Source of the DNA: Polyangiales bacterium
GTDB lineage: Bacteria > Myxococcota_A > Polyangia > Polyangiales > JADJQN01
Assembly: GCA_964202905.1 (NCBI GenBank)
Contig: CAXNJO010000006.1
Coordinates: forward strand, 331,406-395,405
DNA length: 64,000 bases
Direction of reading: 5' to 3'
Shown here: positions 1 to 9,511 of the stretch, piece by piece
How the letters are laid out: each line of letters begins with the position of its first letter
Numbering within the stretch: the stretch's first letter is position 1
The notes under the pieces: model-generated
Seen by the model: only the letters and a program-made list of their open reading frames with translations
Databases searched by the model: none
Told to the model about the DNA's origin: nothing
Program-made: the position numbers and the translations under genes

Positions 1-82
1 CACGCGCGCCGGACATCGCAAGGAGGTTGCCGTGTCGCGGTCACGCACACCGGACACCGCAAGGAGGTTGCCGTGTCGCGGT
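1..82. repeat. 41-bp tandem repeat, 2 copies visible (may continue beyond the window edge)
   Basis: cacgcgcgccggacatcgcaaggaggttgccgtgtcgcggt (1-41) and cacgcacaccggacaccgcaaggaggttgccgtgtcgcggt (42-82). Confidence 0.85.
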
Positions 83-102
83 CCGCGAGGCGGGCGGCCG
101 CG

Positions 103-1164
103 CTAGAGGCGCATCAGCGCCGAGCCCCAGTGCAGGCCGGCGCCGAGCGCGAGAAAGCAGATGAGCTCGCCCCGCTTCAGGCGGCCCGCGCGGAGCAGCT
201 CGTCGAGCAGGATCGGGATCGTGGCGCCGCTCGTGTTGCCGTAGCGCGCGATGTTCGAGGGGACCTTCTCCGCGGGGACACCGAGCGCCTCGCGCACCGC
301 CTGGTTGATGCGGTCGTTCGCCTGGTGCGCGACGAACCAGTCGACGTCGGCGAGCGCGACGCCGTGCTCGGCGCAGAGCGCGCGCACCACCTGCGGCAGG
401 CGCGTGACGGCCGTCTTGAAGAGCTCCTTGCCGGCCATGCTGGGGATGTGCTCTTCGCGCTCGAACATCTCGCGCGTCCAGTACGGCCGGCGGCGAAACC
501 CGCCGCCCTCGATGTAGATGTGCTTCGCGGCGTGGCCGTCGGTGTGCACCTTCACGCCGAGCAGCCCGTGCCCGGGGACCTCGCTGCGCCGCATCACGAG
601 CGCGCCCGCGCCGTCGCCGAAGAGGATCGCGAGCGAGCGGTGACGCGTCGCCCGCGCGCGCGCCTCGACGCTCACACGCGAGGGGTCCGCCTCACCGAGC
701 AGCACATCCCAGTCGTCCCACGGCATGAAGCCCGCGTGCGCCTCGGCGCCGACGACGAGCAGGGTGCGCGCCGCGCCGCTCGCGGCGAGCCCGTCCGCGA
801 CCTGGAAGGCGAAGGGCATCGCCCCGCACTGCTGCCGGATGTCGAGCGCCGGCACACCCGCGATGCCGAGCTTCGCGCCGAGCAGCCCGCCCGAGCCCGG
901 GAACACGAAGTCCGGCGTCATCGTGGCGAAGACGATGTAATCGATCTCGGAGGCGGCGACGCCGGCGCTCTCGAGCGCGCGCTCGGCCGCGATCACGGCG
1001 AGGTCGCTGCAACCGGTGCCCTCCGGCGCGAAGTGACGCTGCCGGATGCCCGTGCGCTTGTAGATCCACTCGTCGTCGGTGTCCATCACGCGCCCGAGCG
1101 CGGCGTTGCCGACGGGGACGCCGGGGGCGTGGCTTCCGGAGCCGAGGATGGTGAGGCCGGGCAT
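103..1164 (-). CDS. fabH: 3-oxoacyl-ACP synthase III (FabH family)
   Basis: MDTDDEWIYKRTGIRQR, active-site QQCG, FGDGAGA, HQANDRI, YGNTSGA, GAGLHWG. Confidence 0.9.
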   Translation of the reverse strand: MPGLTILGSGSHAPGVPVGNAALGRVMDTDDEWIYKRTGIRQRHFAPEGTGCSDLAVIAAERALESAGVAASEIDYIVFATMTPDFVFPGSGGLLGAKLGIAGVPALDIRQQCGAMPFAFQVADGLAASGAARTLLVVGAEAHAGFMPWDDWDVLLGEADPSRVSVEARARATRHRSLAILFGDGAGALVMRRSEVPGHGLLGVKVHTDGHAAKHIYIEGGGFRRRPYWTREMFEREEHIPSMAGKELFKTAVTRLPQVVRALCAEHGVALADVDWFVAHQANDRINQAVREALGVPAEKVPSNIARYGNTSGATIPILLDELLRAGRLKRGELICFLALGAGLHWGSALMRL

Positions 1165-1220
1165 GGGCGGCCGACCCTAGCAGAGGGGGGCGGCGATTGC
1201 CCTGCGCGGGGGCGGCCCGC

Positions 1221-2183
1221 ATGCTCGCCCGCATGGGTGACGCGCGCGCTCCTTCGGCCGACGACGGTGGGGACTCCTTCGACTTCGCGCGCTACGTCGC
1301 GGCCCGGCGCGCCGCGGTGCCCGGCGGGGACGACGAGGCGACGCGCTACGCGTACGCCGCCGACGTCGCGATGCTGCGCACGTTCCGGCGCCTGCGCCCC
1401 GTCGAGCTCGCGGCCGCGGCCGTCGTGCGCACGAGCAAGGAGCTGATGCGCAACCAGCTGCTCGGCCGCACCGTGCGTGTGTCGCCGCGGCAGTTTCCGC
1501 AGGTGCACGCGCTCGCCGTCGAGTGCGCCGAGACGCTCGGTGTCGCGGTCCCCACGGTGTACGTCGCCAACAGCCCCGTCATCAACGCGTACACCTCGGG
1601 CACCGACGACGACGCGTTCATCGTCGTGCACTCGGCCCTGCTCGACGCGTTCGAGCCCGCCGAGCTCAAGTTCGTGCTGGGCCACGAGACGGGGCACATC
1701 CAGAACAAGCACGTCGTGTACGGCACGGTGCTGCGCGTGCTGCTCGACGGCGCGAGCGTGTTCCTCCGCTACGCCGCGGCGCCCGCGCAGATGCCGCTGA
1801 TGGCCTGGTATCGGCGCGCCGAGATCACCTGCGATCGGGCGGGTCTGCTCTGCACGCGCGACCTCGCGGCGGCCTCGCGCGCCTTCCTGAAGATCGCGAT
1901 CGGCTCGCGCGCGCTCGTCGCGCAGATCGATCTCGACGCGTTCGTCGCGCAGGCGGGCGAGGGGCGTGTCGGGGTCGGCCGGATGCTCGAGGCGTTCGAC
2001 ACGCACCCGTACCTCCCGAAGCGGATCGAGGCGCTGCGCGTCTTCGCCGAGAGCGCGCTCTACCGCCGCGCGATCGGCGCGGGCGACGACGGCCTCTCCA
2101 TGGAAGAGGTCGACCGCCGCACGGGCGCGATCGTGCAGATCCTGCGCAGCGGGTCGCAAGGCGCGGGGGCCGTCGATGCCTGA
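1221..2183 (+). CDS. M48 family zinc metalloprotease (HtpX/Ste24-like)
   Basis: NAYT, HETGH (HExxH), EITCDR and THP motifs; start at 1221 or 1233. Confidence 0.85.
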   Translation: MLARMGDARAPSADDGGDSFDFARYVAARRAAVPGGDDEATRYAYAADVAMLRTFRRLRPVELAAAAVVRTSKELMRNQLLGRTVRVSPRQFPQVHALAVECAETLGVAVPTVYVANSPVINAYTSGTDDDAFIVVHSALLDAFEPAELKFVLGHETGHIQNKHVVYGTVLRVLLDGASVFLRYAAAPAQMPLMAWYRRAEITCDRAGLLCTRDLAAASRAFLKIAIGSRALVAQIDLDAFVAQAGEGRVGVGRMLEAFDTHPYLPKRIEALRVFAESALYRRAIGAGDDGLSMEEVDRRTGAIVQILRSGSQGAGAVDA

Positions 2184-2940
2184 GTCGGGCGAGTCCGTCG
2201 AGGCCGGGCCGGGGCGCGAGGACGTGTCCGCCCACGAGGCGCCCGCGGGCGAGGCATCGGCCAGCGGTGCCCCTGTGGGTGAAGCGGCCGCGGCGCGGGC
2301 CGCACGCGTCTGGGGGCGCGTGGGCGTCCTCAAGGGGCGCGTGCGCGCGGAGACGCTCGACTTCGGCGAGCGCTTCGCGCGGGCGGTGCCGCGGGAGATC
2401 GAGGCGGCGCGCGCCGAGGATCTGCGGCGTCATTGGCAGGGCTTCATCGAGGAGCGCTTCGACGCGTTCGCGCGGGCGCGCTGGGAGGCGATCGCCCCCG
2501 AGCTCGCCGCGCTCGAGCAGGAGGTCGTCGTGTCGCGCGACGCGGACGCCCGTGCACACGCCGCGCGGGTCGCGGCTGCGCTCGAGACCACGGGCCGCTC
2601 CGTGCGCGACGGGCGCGATTCGCGGGCCGCGGACGTCGGCGTGGTCGCCCTCGGCGCGATCGGACTCGGCGTGATGGTGTTCTCGAGCGCGGCCCTCGGC
2701 GGCGCGCTCGCGCTCTCGGCGCCCGTGCTCGCGTGGATGGCGCGGGAGCGCGCGGACGAGTCGCTCAAGCGCCGGTCCATCGAGGAGACGCCGGGCGCGG
2801 TGCGCGCGGCGGCGGGCCGCGTCGCGGACCTCTTCGACGCGCGCCTCGACGAGGTGGGCGCGCGGCTCGCGGGGATGGTCGGCGCGGTGGATGACGCCGC
2901 GGACGCGGGCCCCGCGCGCCGCGTCGCGGACGCGCCGTAG
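2176..2940 (+). CDS. Hypothetical helical membrane-associated protein
   Basis: ATG overlaps the end of the M48 gene; helical body with a hydrophobic hairpin (VGVVALGAIGLGVMVF...LALSAPVLAW). Confidence 0.6.
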   Translation: MPESGESVEAGPGREDVSAHEAPAGEASASGAPVGEAAAARAARVWGRVGVLKGRVRAETLDFGERFARAVPREIEAARAEDLRRHWQGFIEERFDAFARARWEAIAPELAALEQEVVVSRDADARAHAARVAAALETTGRSVRDGRDSRAADVGVVALGAIGLGVMVFSSAALGGALALSAPVLAWMARERADESLKRRSIEETPGAVRAAAGRVADLFDARLDEVGARLAGMVGAVDDAADAGPARRVADAP

Positions 2941-2949
2941 TCGGTGCCG

Positions 2950-3993
2950 TCAGACCGTCGCGCCGCCGCACGACGAGCCCGAGCCCGCGGTGCAGCCGTA
3001 GCAGTGCCGCGCGACCGCGATCTCGCGGCCGACGAGCGCGTCGAGGTCGAAATCGCGGATGTGCTGCGGGGCTGATGCGGAACAGGGCAGCTCGAGCTGC
3101 TGGTTGAAATCGCAGTCGTAGAGCGCGCCGTCCCAGCCGACGCTGAGCGTGTCGAGGCACATCACGCCCGCGGTCGCGGCCGGGTTGAAGGCGGCGACGA
3201 GCCGCTCGAGGTAGGCCTCGAGCTGCCCCGCGCCCTCGAGCCACTCGAGGTAGCGGCTGATCGGCATGTTCGTGATCGTGTAGAGCGCGTCGAAGCGCAC
3301 GCCGTGGAGCCGCAGCATCTCGCGCTTCCATTCGGCTTCGAGCGAGGCCTGGCTCGCCGGGAGGAACGCGCCGACCGGGTTGCTCACGAGCACGAGGCGC
3401 AGCGGACCGCCGTGGCCGTAGCCCGCCTCGTTCAGGCGGCGCAGGGCGCGGATCGACTTCTCGTAGACGCCGTCGCCGCGCTGCCGATCGGTGTTCGTCT
3501 GCCGGTAGTGCGGGAGCGAACAGACGACCTCGACGCCGTGCTCCGCGAAGAACGCGGGCAGCTCGCGGTGCGTGGGCGTCTCGAGGATCGTGAGGTTGCA
3601 GCGGTCCATCACGTGCCGGCCGAGCGCGCGCACCTCCTGCACCAGCCAGCGGAAGTGCGGGTTCATCTCGGGCGCGCCGCCGGTGAGATCGACGACCGGG
3701 ATGTCCGTCGCCGCGAGCGCGCGGAGGCAGTGCGCCATCGTCTCGCGCGTCATCACCTCGCGCCGGTCGGGGCCCGCGTCCACGTGGCAGTGACGGCAGG
3801 TCTGGTTGCAGAGCTTGCCGAGGTTCAGCTGCAGCACGCGCGGCGCGCGCGCGCGGAGGGGCGCGACGCCGCGGGCCGCGAGCGTGGCCTCGAAGTCGGG
3901 CACGCCGGGCAGGCGGGTGAGCGCCTCGCGCTGCACGGCGGCGGAGGCGAGCGGGAGCCCGCGGGAGAGGAGGGAGAGCGCGTGAGCGGCCAT
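2950..3993 (-). CDS. Radical SAM/Cys-rich domain protein (ArsS-like family)
   Basis: CNQTCRHCH (CxxxCxxC), DLTGGAPEMNP, YDCDFNQ, C-terminal HCYGCTAGSGSSCGG. Confidence 0.85.
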   Translation of the reverse strand: MAAHALSLLSRGLPLASAAVQREALTRLPGVPDFEATLAARGVAPLRARAPRVLQLNLGKLCNQTCRHCHVDAGPDRREVMTRETMAHCLRALAATDIPVVDLTGGAPEMNPHFRWLVQEVRALGRHVMDRCNLTILETPTHRELPAFFAEHGVEVVCSLPHYRQTNTDRQRGDGVYEKSIRALRRLNEAGYGHGGPLRLVLVSNPVGAFLPASQASLEAEWKREMLRLHGVRFDALYTITNMPISRYLEWLEGAGQLEAYLERLVAAFNPAATAGVMCLDTLSVGWDGALYDCDFNQQLELPCSASAPQHIRDFDLDALVGREIAVARHCYGCTAGSGSSCGGATV

Positions 3994-4145
3994 CGGCGGG
4001 AGACCTCGCGGGCGGGGGCGGCGCACTGTAGTCGATGCCGCGGGGGAGGCCCGCGCCGCGCGTGCGGCGTGTGGGCCGTGGCGAACGATCGGCGTGGAGA
4101 CCGCCTCGCGATTCGCGCGCGCTCCAGCCGACGCGGCCCCGACGA

Positions 4146-5438
4146 TCAGGGCACTTCGCCGCGCATCAGGTCGTCGACCGTCTCGCGGGCGCGCACCACG
4201 CGGAACGAACCGCCGTCGACGAGCACCTCGGGCGCGCGCGGGCGCGCATTGTACTGGCTCGCCATGCTCATCGCGTACGCGCCGGCGCCGCGGATCGCGA
4301 CGAGGTCGCCCGCGGCGAGCGGCGCGAGGGCGCGGTCGCGCGCGAGGAAGTCGCCCGTCTCGCACACGGGCCCGACGACGTCGACGACCTCCGGCGCGCC
4401 GCGGCCGCGCGGATCGTGCACGGGCACGACGGCGTGGTGCGCGTCGTAGAGCGCAGGACGGATGAGCTCCGTCATCGCGGCGTCGAGGATGACGAAGCGC
4501 CGCGTCGGCTGCTGCTTCACCGAGAGCACGCGCGCGAGCAGCACGCCCGCGTCGCCGACCAGCGCGCGGCCGTTCTCGACGAGGATCTCGAGGCCGAGCG
4601 CGTCGGCGCCGGCGCGGCGCAGGCCGTCGCGGATCGCGTCCCCGAAGGACTCCCACGCGTCGCTGGGCCGCGCCTCGTCGCCGTACGCGATGGGCCAGCC
4701 GCCGCCCGCGTCGAGGGTGCGCAGCGGGGCGCCCGCCTCGAGGCAGGCGCGCGCGAAGCGGGCGATGCGCTCGACCGCCTCGCCGAGCGGCGCGGCCGAG
4801 GGGAGCTGCGAGCCGATGTGGCAGGCGACGCCCTCGAGCGTGAGGTGCCCGCTCGCGAGGATGCGCGGCAGGAGCGCGTGCGCCGCGTCGAACTCGAGGC
4901 CGAACTTCGTGTCGTGCAGGCCCGTCGCGATGTACGGGTGCGTCGCCGGATCGACGTCCGGGTTGAGGCGGAGCGCGATGGGCGCGCGCACCCCGCGCGC
5001 GGCGGCCCGCGCCTCGACGAGCGCGAGCTCCTCGGCGCTCTCGACGTGCACGCTCCGGATGCCCGCGGCGAGCGCCGCGTCGAGCTCGTCGGCGCGCTTG
5101 CCGATGCCGCTGAAGACGATGCGCGACGCGGGCACGCCGGCCCGCAGCGCGCGGGCGAGCTCGCCGGCCGACACGATGTCGCAGCCCGCCCCGAGCCGCG
5201 CGAGGCGGGCGAGCACCGCGAGGTTGCCGTTGGCCTTCACCGCGTACGCGACGAGGTGCGGCAGACCCGCGAGCGTCGCGTCGACGCGCGCGAAGGCCGC
5301 GTCGATCGCCGCGCCGCTGTAGACGTACGCGGGCGTGCCGACCTCCGCGGCGATGGCGGCGAGCGGGACGCCCTCGGCGCAGAGGGCGCCGGTCGCGTCG
5401 CGCGCGAACACCGGGGAGGGCGGCGTCTCGGCGCTCAT
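4146..5438 (-). CDS. lysA: Diaminopimelate decarboxylase
   Basis: YAVKAN (PLP lysine), HIGSQ, GPVCETGD, AGAY...YN; ATGA overlap with argH. Confidence 0.95.
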   Translation of the reverse strand: MSAETPPSPVFARDATGALCAEGVPLAAIAAEVGTPAYVYSGAAIDAAFARVDATLAGLPHLVAYAVKANGNLAVLARLARLGAGCDIVSAGELARALRAGVPASRIVFSGIGKRADELDAALAAGIRSVHVESAEELALVEARAAARGVRAPIALRLNPDVDPATHPYIATGLHDTKFGLEFDAAHALLPRILASGHLTLEGVACHIGSQLPSAAPLGEAVERIARFARACLEAGAPLRTLDAGGGWPIAYGDEARPSDAWESFGDAIRDGLRRAGADALGLEILVENGRALVGDAGVLLARVLSVKQQPTRRFVILDAAMTELIRPALYDAHHAVVPVHDPRGRGAPEVVDVVGPVCETGDFLARDRALAPLAAGDLVAIRGAGAYAMSMASQYNARPRAPEVLVDGGSFRVVRARETVDDLMRGEVP

Positions 5439-6883
5439 CCGGCGTCGCCCGTCGCGGGGGTCGCGAGGCCGTGCTCGGTGGCGACCGTGTCGACGTCGGT
5501 GCCGCGCTCCGCGAGACGCGCGCGCAACGCCGCGATCGCCGCGCGTACCTGCCGCCGCGCGGGGCCGCCCGGCACGTCGCGGCGCTCGACGATGACCTCC
5601 GGATTGAGGGCGTGGAAGATGTCCTCGGCGAACGCGGGGTGCTCGGCGCGGAGCTCCTCGAGGCTCAGCTCGGCGAGGGTGCGGCCGAGACCGAGCGCGC
5701 GCCGCACGAGCCTCCCCGAGACGTGGTGCGCCTCGCGGAACGGCACGCCGCGCGCGGCGAGGTAGTCCGCGATCTCGGTCGCGTCGACGAAGCCCTCGCG
5801 CAGCGCGGCGCGCATCCGCGCGGCGTCGAAGCGGGTGTGCGCGAGCGCGGGTGCGAGGACGTCGAGCGAGGCGTCCACCGTGTCGAACGCGTCGAAGACG
5901 GGTGGCTTGTCCTCCTGCAGATCGCGGTTGTAGGCGAGCGGGAGGCCCTTGAGCAGCACGAGCAGCGTGACGAGGTCGCCGACGACGCGCCCCGTCTTGC
6001 CGCGCACGAGCTCGGCCATGTCGGGGTTCTTCTTCTGCGGCATCATCGACGAGCCCGTCGTGAAGGCGTCGCTCATCTGCGCGAACCCGAACTCCTGCGT
6101 GCTCCAGAGCACGAGCTCCTCGCCGATGCGCGAGAGGTGCACCGCGGTCATCGCGAGCGCGGCGACGGACTCGACGAGGAAGTCGCGGTCCCCGGTCGCG
6201 TCGAGCGAGTTGCGCGCGGGCCGCGCGAAGCCGAGCGCCTCCGCGGTGTGCGCGCGGTCGATGGGGAAGGTGGTCGCGGCGAGGGCGCCCGCGCCGAGCG
6301 GCGACTCGTTCATGCGGCGCGCGGCGTCGTCGAGCCGGCCGCGATCGCGCTCGAGCATCTCGCACCAGGCGAGCAGGTGGTGCGCGAGGCGCACGGGCTG
6401 CGCGCGCTGCAGGTGCGTGTAGCCGGGCATCAGCACGTCGACCGTCTCGGCGGCCCGCGCCGCGAGCACGGCGAGGAGGCGATCGAGCCGGGCGCCCGTC
6501 GCGCCGCACGCGCTGCGCGTCCAGAGACGCATGTCCGTCGCGACCTGATCGTTGCGGCTCCGCGCGGTGTGGAGCCGCGCGCCCGCCTCGCCGATGCGCT
6601 CGGTCAGCGTCGCCTCGATGTTCATGTGGACGTCCTCGCGGGCTGCGCTCCACACGAAGGTTCCGGCCGCGACCTCGCCCGCGATCTGCTCGAGGCCCGC
6701 GACGATCTTCGCGGCGTCCGCCTGCGGGATGATGCCGCGCGCAGCCAGCATGCGCGCGTGCGCGATCGAGCCGCGGATGTCCTCCGGGGCGAGCCGCGCG
6801 TCCACGTGCACGCTCGCGCCGAAGCGCGCCGCGAGCTCGCTCGGCTCCTCGTCGAACCGTCCACCCCAGGCCTTCGTCGACAT
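5435..6883 (-). CDS. argH: Argininosuccinate lyase
   Basis: WGGRF, RSRNDQVATD, YTHLQRAQP, GSSMMPQKKNPD, YNRDLQEDK. Confidence 0.97.
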   Translation of the reverse strand: MSTKAWGGRFDEEPSELAARFGASVHVDARLAPEDIRGSIAHARMLAARGIIPQADAAKIVAGLEQIAGEVAAGTFVWSAAREDVHMNIEATLTERIGEAGARLHTARSRNDQVATDMRLWTRSACGATGARLDRLLAVLAARAAETVDVLMPGYTHLQRAQPVRLAHHLLAWCEMLERDRGRLDDAARRMNESPLGAGALAATTFPIDRAHTAEALGFARPARNSLDATGDRDFLVESVAALAMTAVHLSRIGEELVLWSTQEFGFAQMSDAFTTGSSMMPQKKNPDMAELVRGKTGRVVGDLVTLLVLLKGLPLAYNRDLQEDKPPVFDAFDTVDASLDVLAPALAHTRFDAARMRAALREGFVDATEIADYLAARGVPFREAHHVSGRLVRRALGLGRTLAELSLEELRAEHPAFAEDIFHALNPEVIVERRDVPGGPARRQVRAAIAALRARLAERGTDVDTVATEHGLATPATGDAG

Positions 6884-7001
6884 CGTGTTTCTCCTTGGAT
6901 TGCTTGGGTTTCGTCGTGTTCGCAGCGCGTCGGGACGTCGTGTGTCGCGTGGGTCGCTCGAGGCGCGTGTCGGTCGTCGGGGGCGGCGCCGGGCTGCGTG
7001 A

Positions 7002-9266
7002 TCAGGCCCGCTCGGGGAGGCGCAGGGCCACGCGCCGAATCAGGCGCGCCCCGGCCGGCAGCGCCCAGGCGTCGAGGGCGATCGCGGCCACCGCGACCAC
7101 GCCCGGCGCGAGCATGCCCGTCGCGCCGAGCCCGACGAGCGCCAGCCCGCCCACCGCGGCGAGGCCCGCGTCGCGGTACGCGGCCTGTCGCGCGGCGCGC
7201 GCGATCCAGAGCGCAGCGGCCGCGTCGCGCACGTCCTCGGTGACGAGCGCCACCGCGCGCTCGCCTGCGGGGCCGCCCGCGGCGCCGAGCACCACGGGCA
7301 CGTCGGCGGCGGCGAGCGCGGCGTCGTCGTGCAGCGGGCGCCCGATCGCGGCGACGGCGCCCCCGCTCTCGCGCAGGCGCTTGACCTCGGCGCCCCGCTC
7401 CTCGGGGACGAGCTGCGCCTTGATGTGATCGATACCGAGCCCGCGCGCGAGCGTCTCGACGGTGCCCCGGTGATCGCCCGAGAGCAGCACGACCTCGATG
7501 CCGAGGTCGACGAGGCGCTGCACGGCCGCGCGCGCGCCGGGGCGCAGCTCGTCTTCGAGCGAGAGCACCGCGCAGACGCGCCCGCCGAGCCCGAGAAACA
7601 CGGCGGTGCGCCCGCGCGTCTCGGCCCGCGCCGCGTCGGCGTCGGCGACCGCGACGCTCACGCCCTCGTCGAGCAGCAGCTGTCGGCTGCCGAGCACGAG
7701 GGCTTCGCCGCCCGGCGCGACCGCGGTGACGCCGCGGCCGGGCAGGTAGGTCGCGCGGCGCACGCTCTCGCGCGGGACGCCGCGCGCCTCGGCGACGCGC
7801 TGGATCGCGCGGGCGATCGGGTGCGTCTCGGCGGCGGACTCGGCGGCCGCGGCGAGCGCGACGAACGCGTCCCCGTTCGAGCCGTCGAGCGCGTGGAGCT
7901 CGACGACCTCGGGGCGCCCGTCGGTGATCGTGCCGTGGCCGCAGAGCGCCGCGTACGCGACGCGCCCGGCGCGATCGAGCGCGCGCGCGCTCTGGAAGAC
8001 AATGCCGCGCGCCCCCGCGATCGCAGCGGCCGCGACGAGCGGGGCTTCCGCCGCGCGGCGCACCGCGAGGAGCGGCGCGGCGAGCAGCACCGACGCCGCG
8101 GCGCCGAGCTGCGCGGTGAAGCCGCCCCCGCCCGCGAGCACCAGCCCGCTCGCCGCGAAGAGGATCGCGAGCGCGCCGCCCCAGCGCGTGACGAGCTCCG
8201 CGGCGCGCGCGATGGGCGCGGCGTCGCGCTCGGTGCCGCTCCCGAAGCGCGCGGGGCGCACGAGCCCGCGATCGGGGCCGACGCGCGTCGCGAGGAGCCG
8301 GACCGCGCCTTCGACGATGCGTGCGCCTGCGAGCAGGGGATCGCCCGCGACGCGGCGCACCGGCGTGCGCGCGCCCGGGTGCAGCAGCGCGAGCGCCTCG
8401 CCCGCCTTCACGACGCCATCGACCGCGACGACCTCGCCCTCGAGCGCGAGGACGTCCTCGCCGGTGCGGACGCTCTCGACCGCGACGTCGCGCTGCGCCC
8501 CCGCCCGCGTGAGCGCGCCCTCGTCGCCCGTCGGCACGCGGAGGCGGCTCGGCAGCGTCGCGCGGAGCGCGTCCACGGCCTCGGCCACCGGGCGTCGGGC
8601 CCACGCGTCGAGCCACGCGCGCGCGACCATCGCGCCGGCGGCGACCGCCGCGCCGACCAGCGGCCCGCGCGTCGGCTCCGGGCCGAGCGCCCCGATGAGC
8701 GCCGCGAACGCCGCGAGCGCCGCACCCGAGGGCCCGAGCGCCCAGGCGAAGACGCCCGTCTCGCGCCGCGCGGGGTAGGAGCGCGTGAGCGCGGCGATCG
8801 ACGCGACCCACGTCGCGCAGGCCGAGAGCGTCGCCGGGAGCGGGCTCCCGCCGAGCAGCCCGAGCGCGACGCCGAGGCCCGCGGCGCCGAGCCCGAGCCA
8901 CGGCGCGGGCACGCTCAGCAGCGCTGGCCGCGCGAAGAGCCGCCCCGTCGCGGTGCTCGAGGCGTCGTCGAAGTGCACGCGCCCCGGCACGTGCGGCTCG
9001 TCGCGTCGCGGCGCGGCGACGGGGAGACCCCCGCGCAGCGGCGGCGCATCGCCCTCGTCGGCCGCGTGGGTGGGCCCCCGCTCGGCGCGCGCGCCGTCCA
9101 CTGCGCCCCGGACCGCGCGCTCGAAGCCGCGGTCTCCGCGACGGAACCGCGCGCGACACGCCTCGCCGCAGAGAAAGCGGTATCCGTCGTCGAGCGCGAG
9201 CATCGCCCCGGCGCGCAGCGGCTCGAGCGCGGTCCCGCAGGCCGGGCAGGGGCGGAGCGGCAGCAT
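7002..9266 (-). CDS. P1B-type ATPase-like protein with N-terminal TRASH/YHS-like domain and degenerate catalytic motifs
   Basis: P1B architecture (VAVDGVV, HPIARAI, LLSGD, ALAAADV) and N-terminal CPACG...LCGEAC, but DKTGT is replaced by CGHGT; alternative start 9302. Confidence 0.8.
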   Translation of the reverse strand: MLPLRPCPACGTALEPLRAGAMLALDDGYRFLCGEACRARFRRGDRGFERAVRGAVDGARAERGPTHAADEGDAPPLRGGLPVAAPRRDEPHVPGRVHFDDASSTATGRLFARPALLSVPAPWLGLGAAGLGVALGLLGGSPLPATLSACATWVASIAALTRSYPARRETGVFAWALGPSGAALAAFAALIGALGPEPTRGPLVGAAVAAGAMVARAWLDAWARRPVAEAVDALRATLPSRLRVPTGDEGALTRAGAQRDVAVESVRTGEDVLALEGEVVAVDGVVKAGEALALLHPGARTPVRRVAGDPLLAGARIVEGAVRLLATRVGPDRGLVRPARFGSGTERDAAPIARAAELVTRWGGALAILFAASGLVLAGGGGFTAQLGAAASVLLAAPLLAVRRAAEAPLVAAAAIAGARGIVFQSARALDRAGRVAYAALCGHGTITDGRPEVVELHALDGSNGDAFVALAAAAESAAETHPIARAIQRVAEARGVPRESVRRATYLPGRGVTAVAPGGEALVLGSRQLLLDEGVSVAVADADAARAETRGRTAVFLGLGGRVCAVLSLEDELRPGARAAVQRLVDLGIEVVLLSGDHRGTVETLARGLGIDHIKAQLVPEERGAEVKRLRESGGAVAAIGRPLHDDAALAAADVPVVLGAAGGPAGERAVALVTEDVRDAAAALWIARAARQAAYRDAGLAAVGGLALVGLGATGMLAPGVVAVAAIALDAWALPAGARLIRRVALRLPERA

Positions 9267-9511
9267 GGGGCGCGCAGCGGGCACGGCGTGGGCCGTGTAC
9301 ATCAAAGGCCTCGGCGAGTCACGCGAGGCCGCGAGCGGGCACGGCGCGGCCGATGGCGCGGCTCCGTCGCACTCGGCGCCGCGCGTGCGACGCGTGGCCC
9401 GTCGAACGCGTCCGCGCGATGCGCCACTGCGCGCGCAGGCGCCGCACCCGCGGAGCGCGGCGCACACGTCGAGCGCTGACGCGGCGCGCGCGAGCGTGCA
9501 GACTCGCGGCC

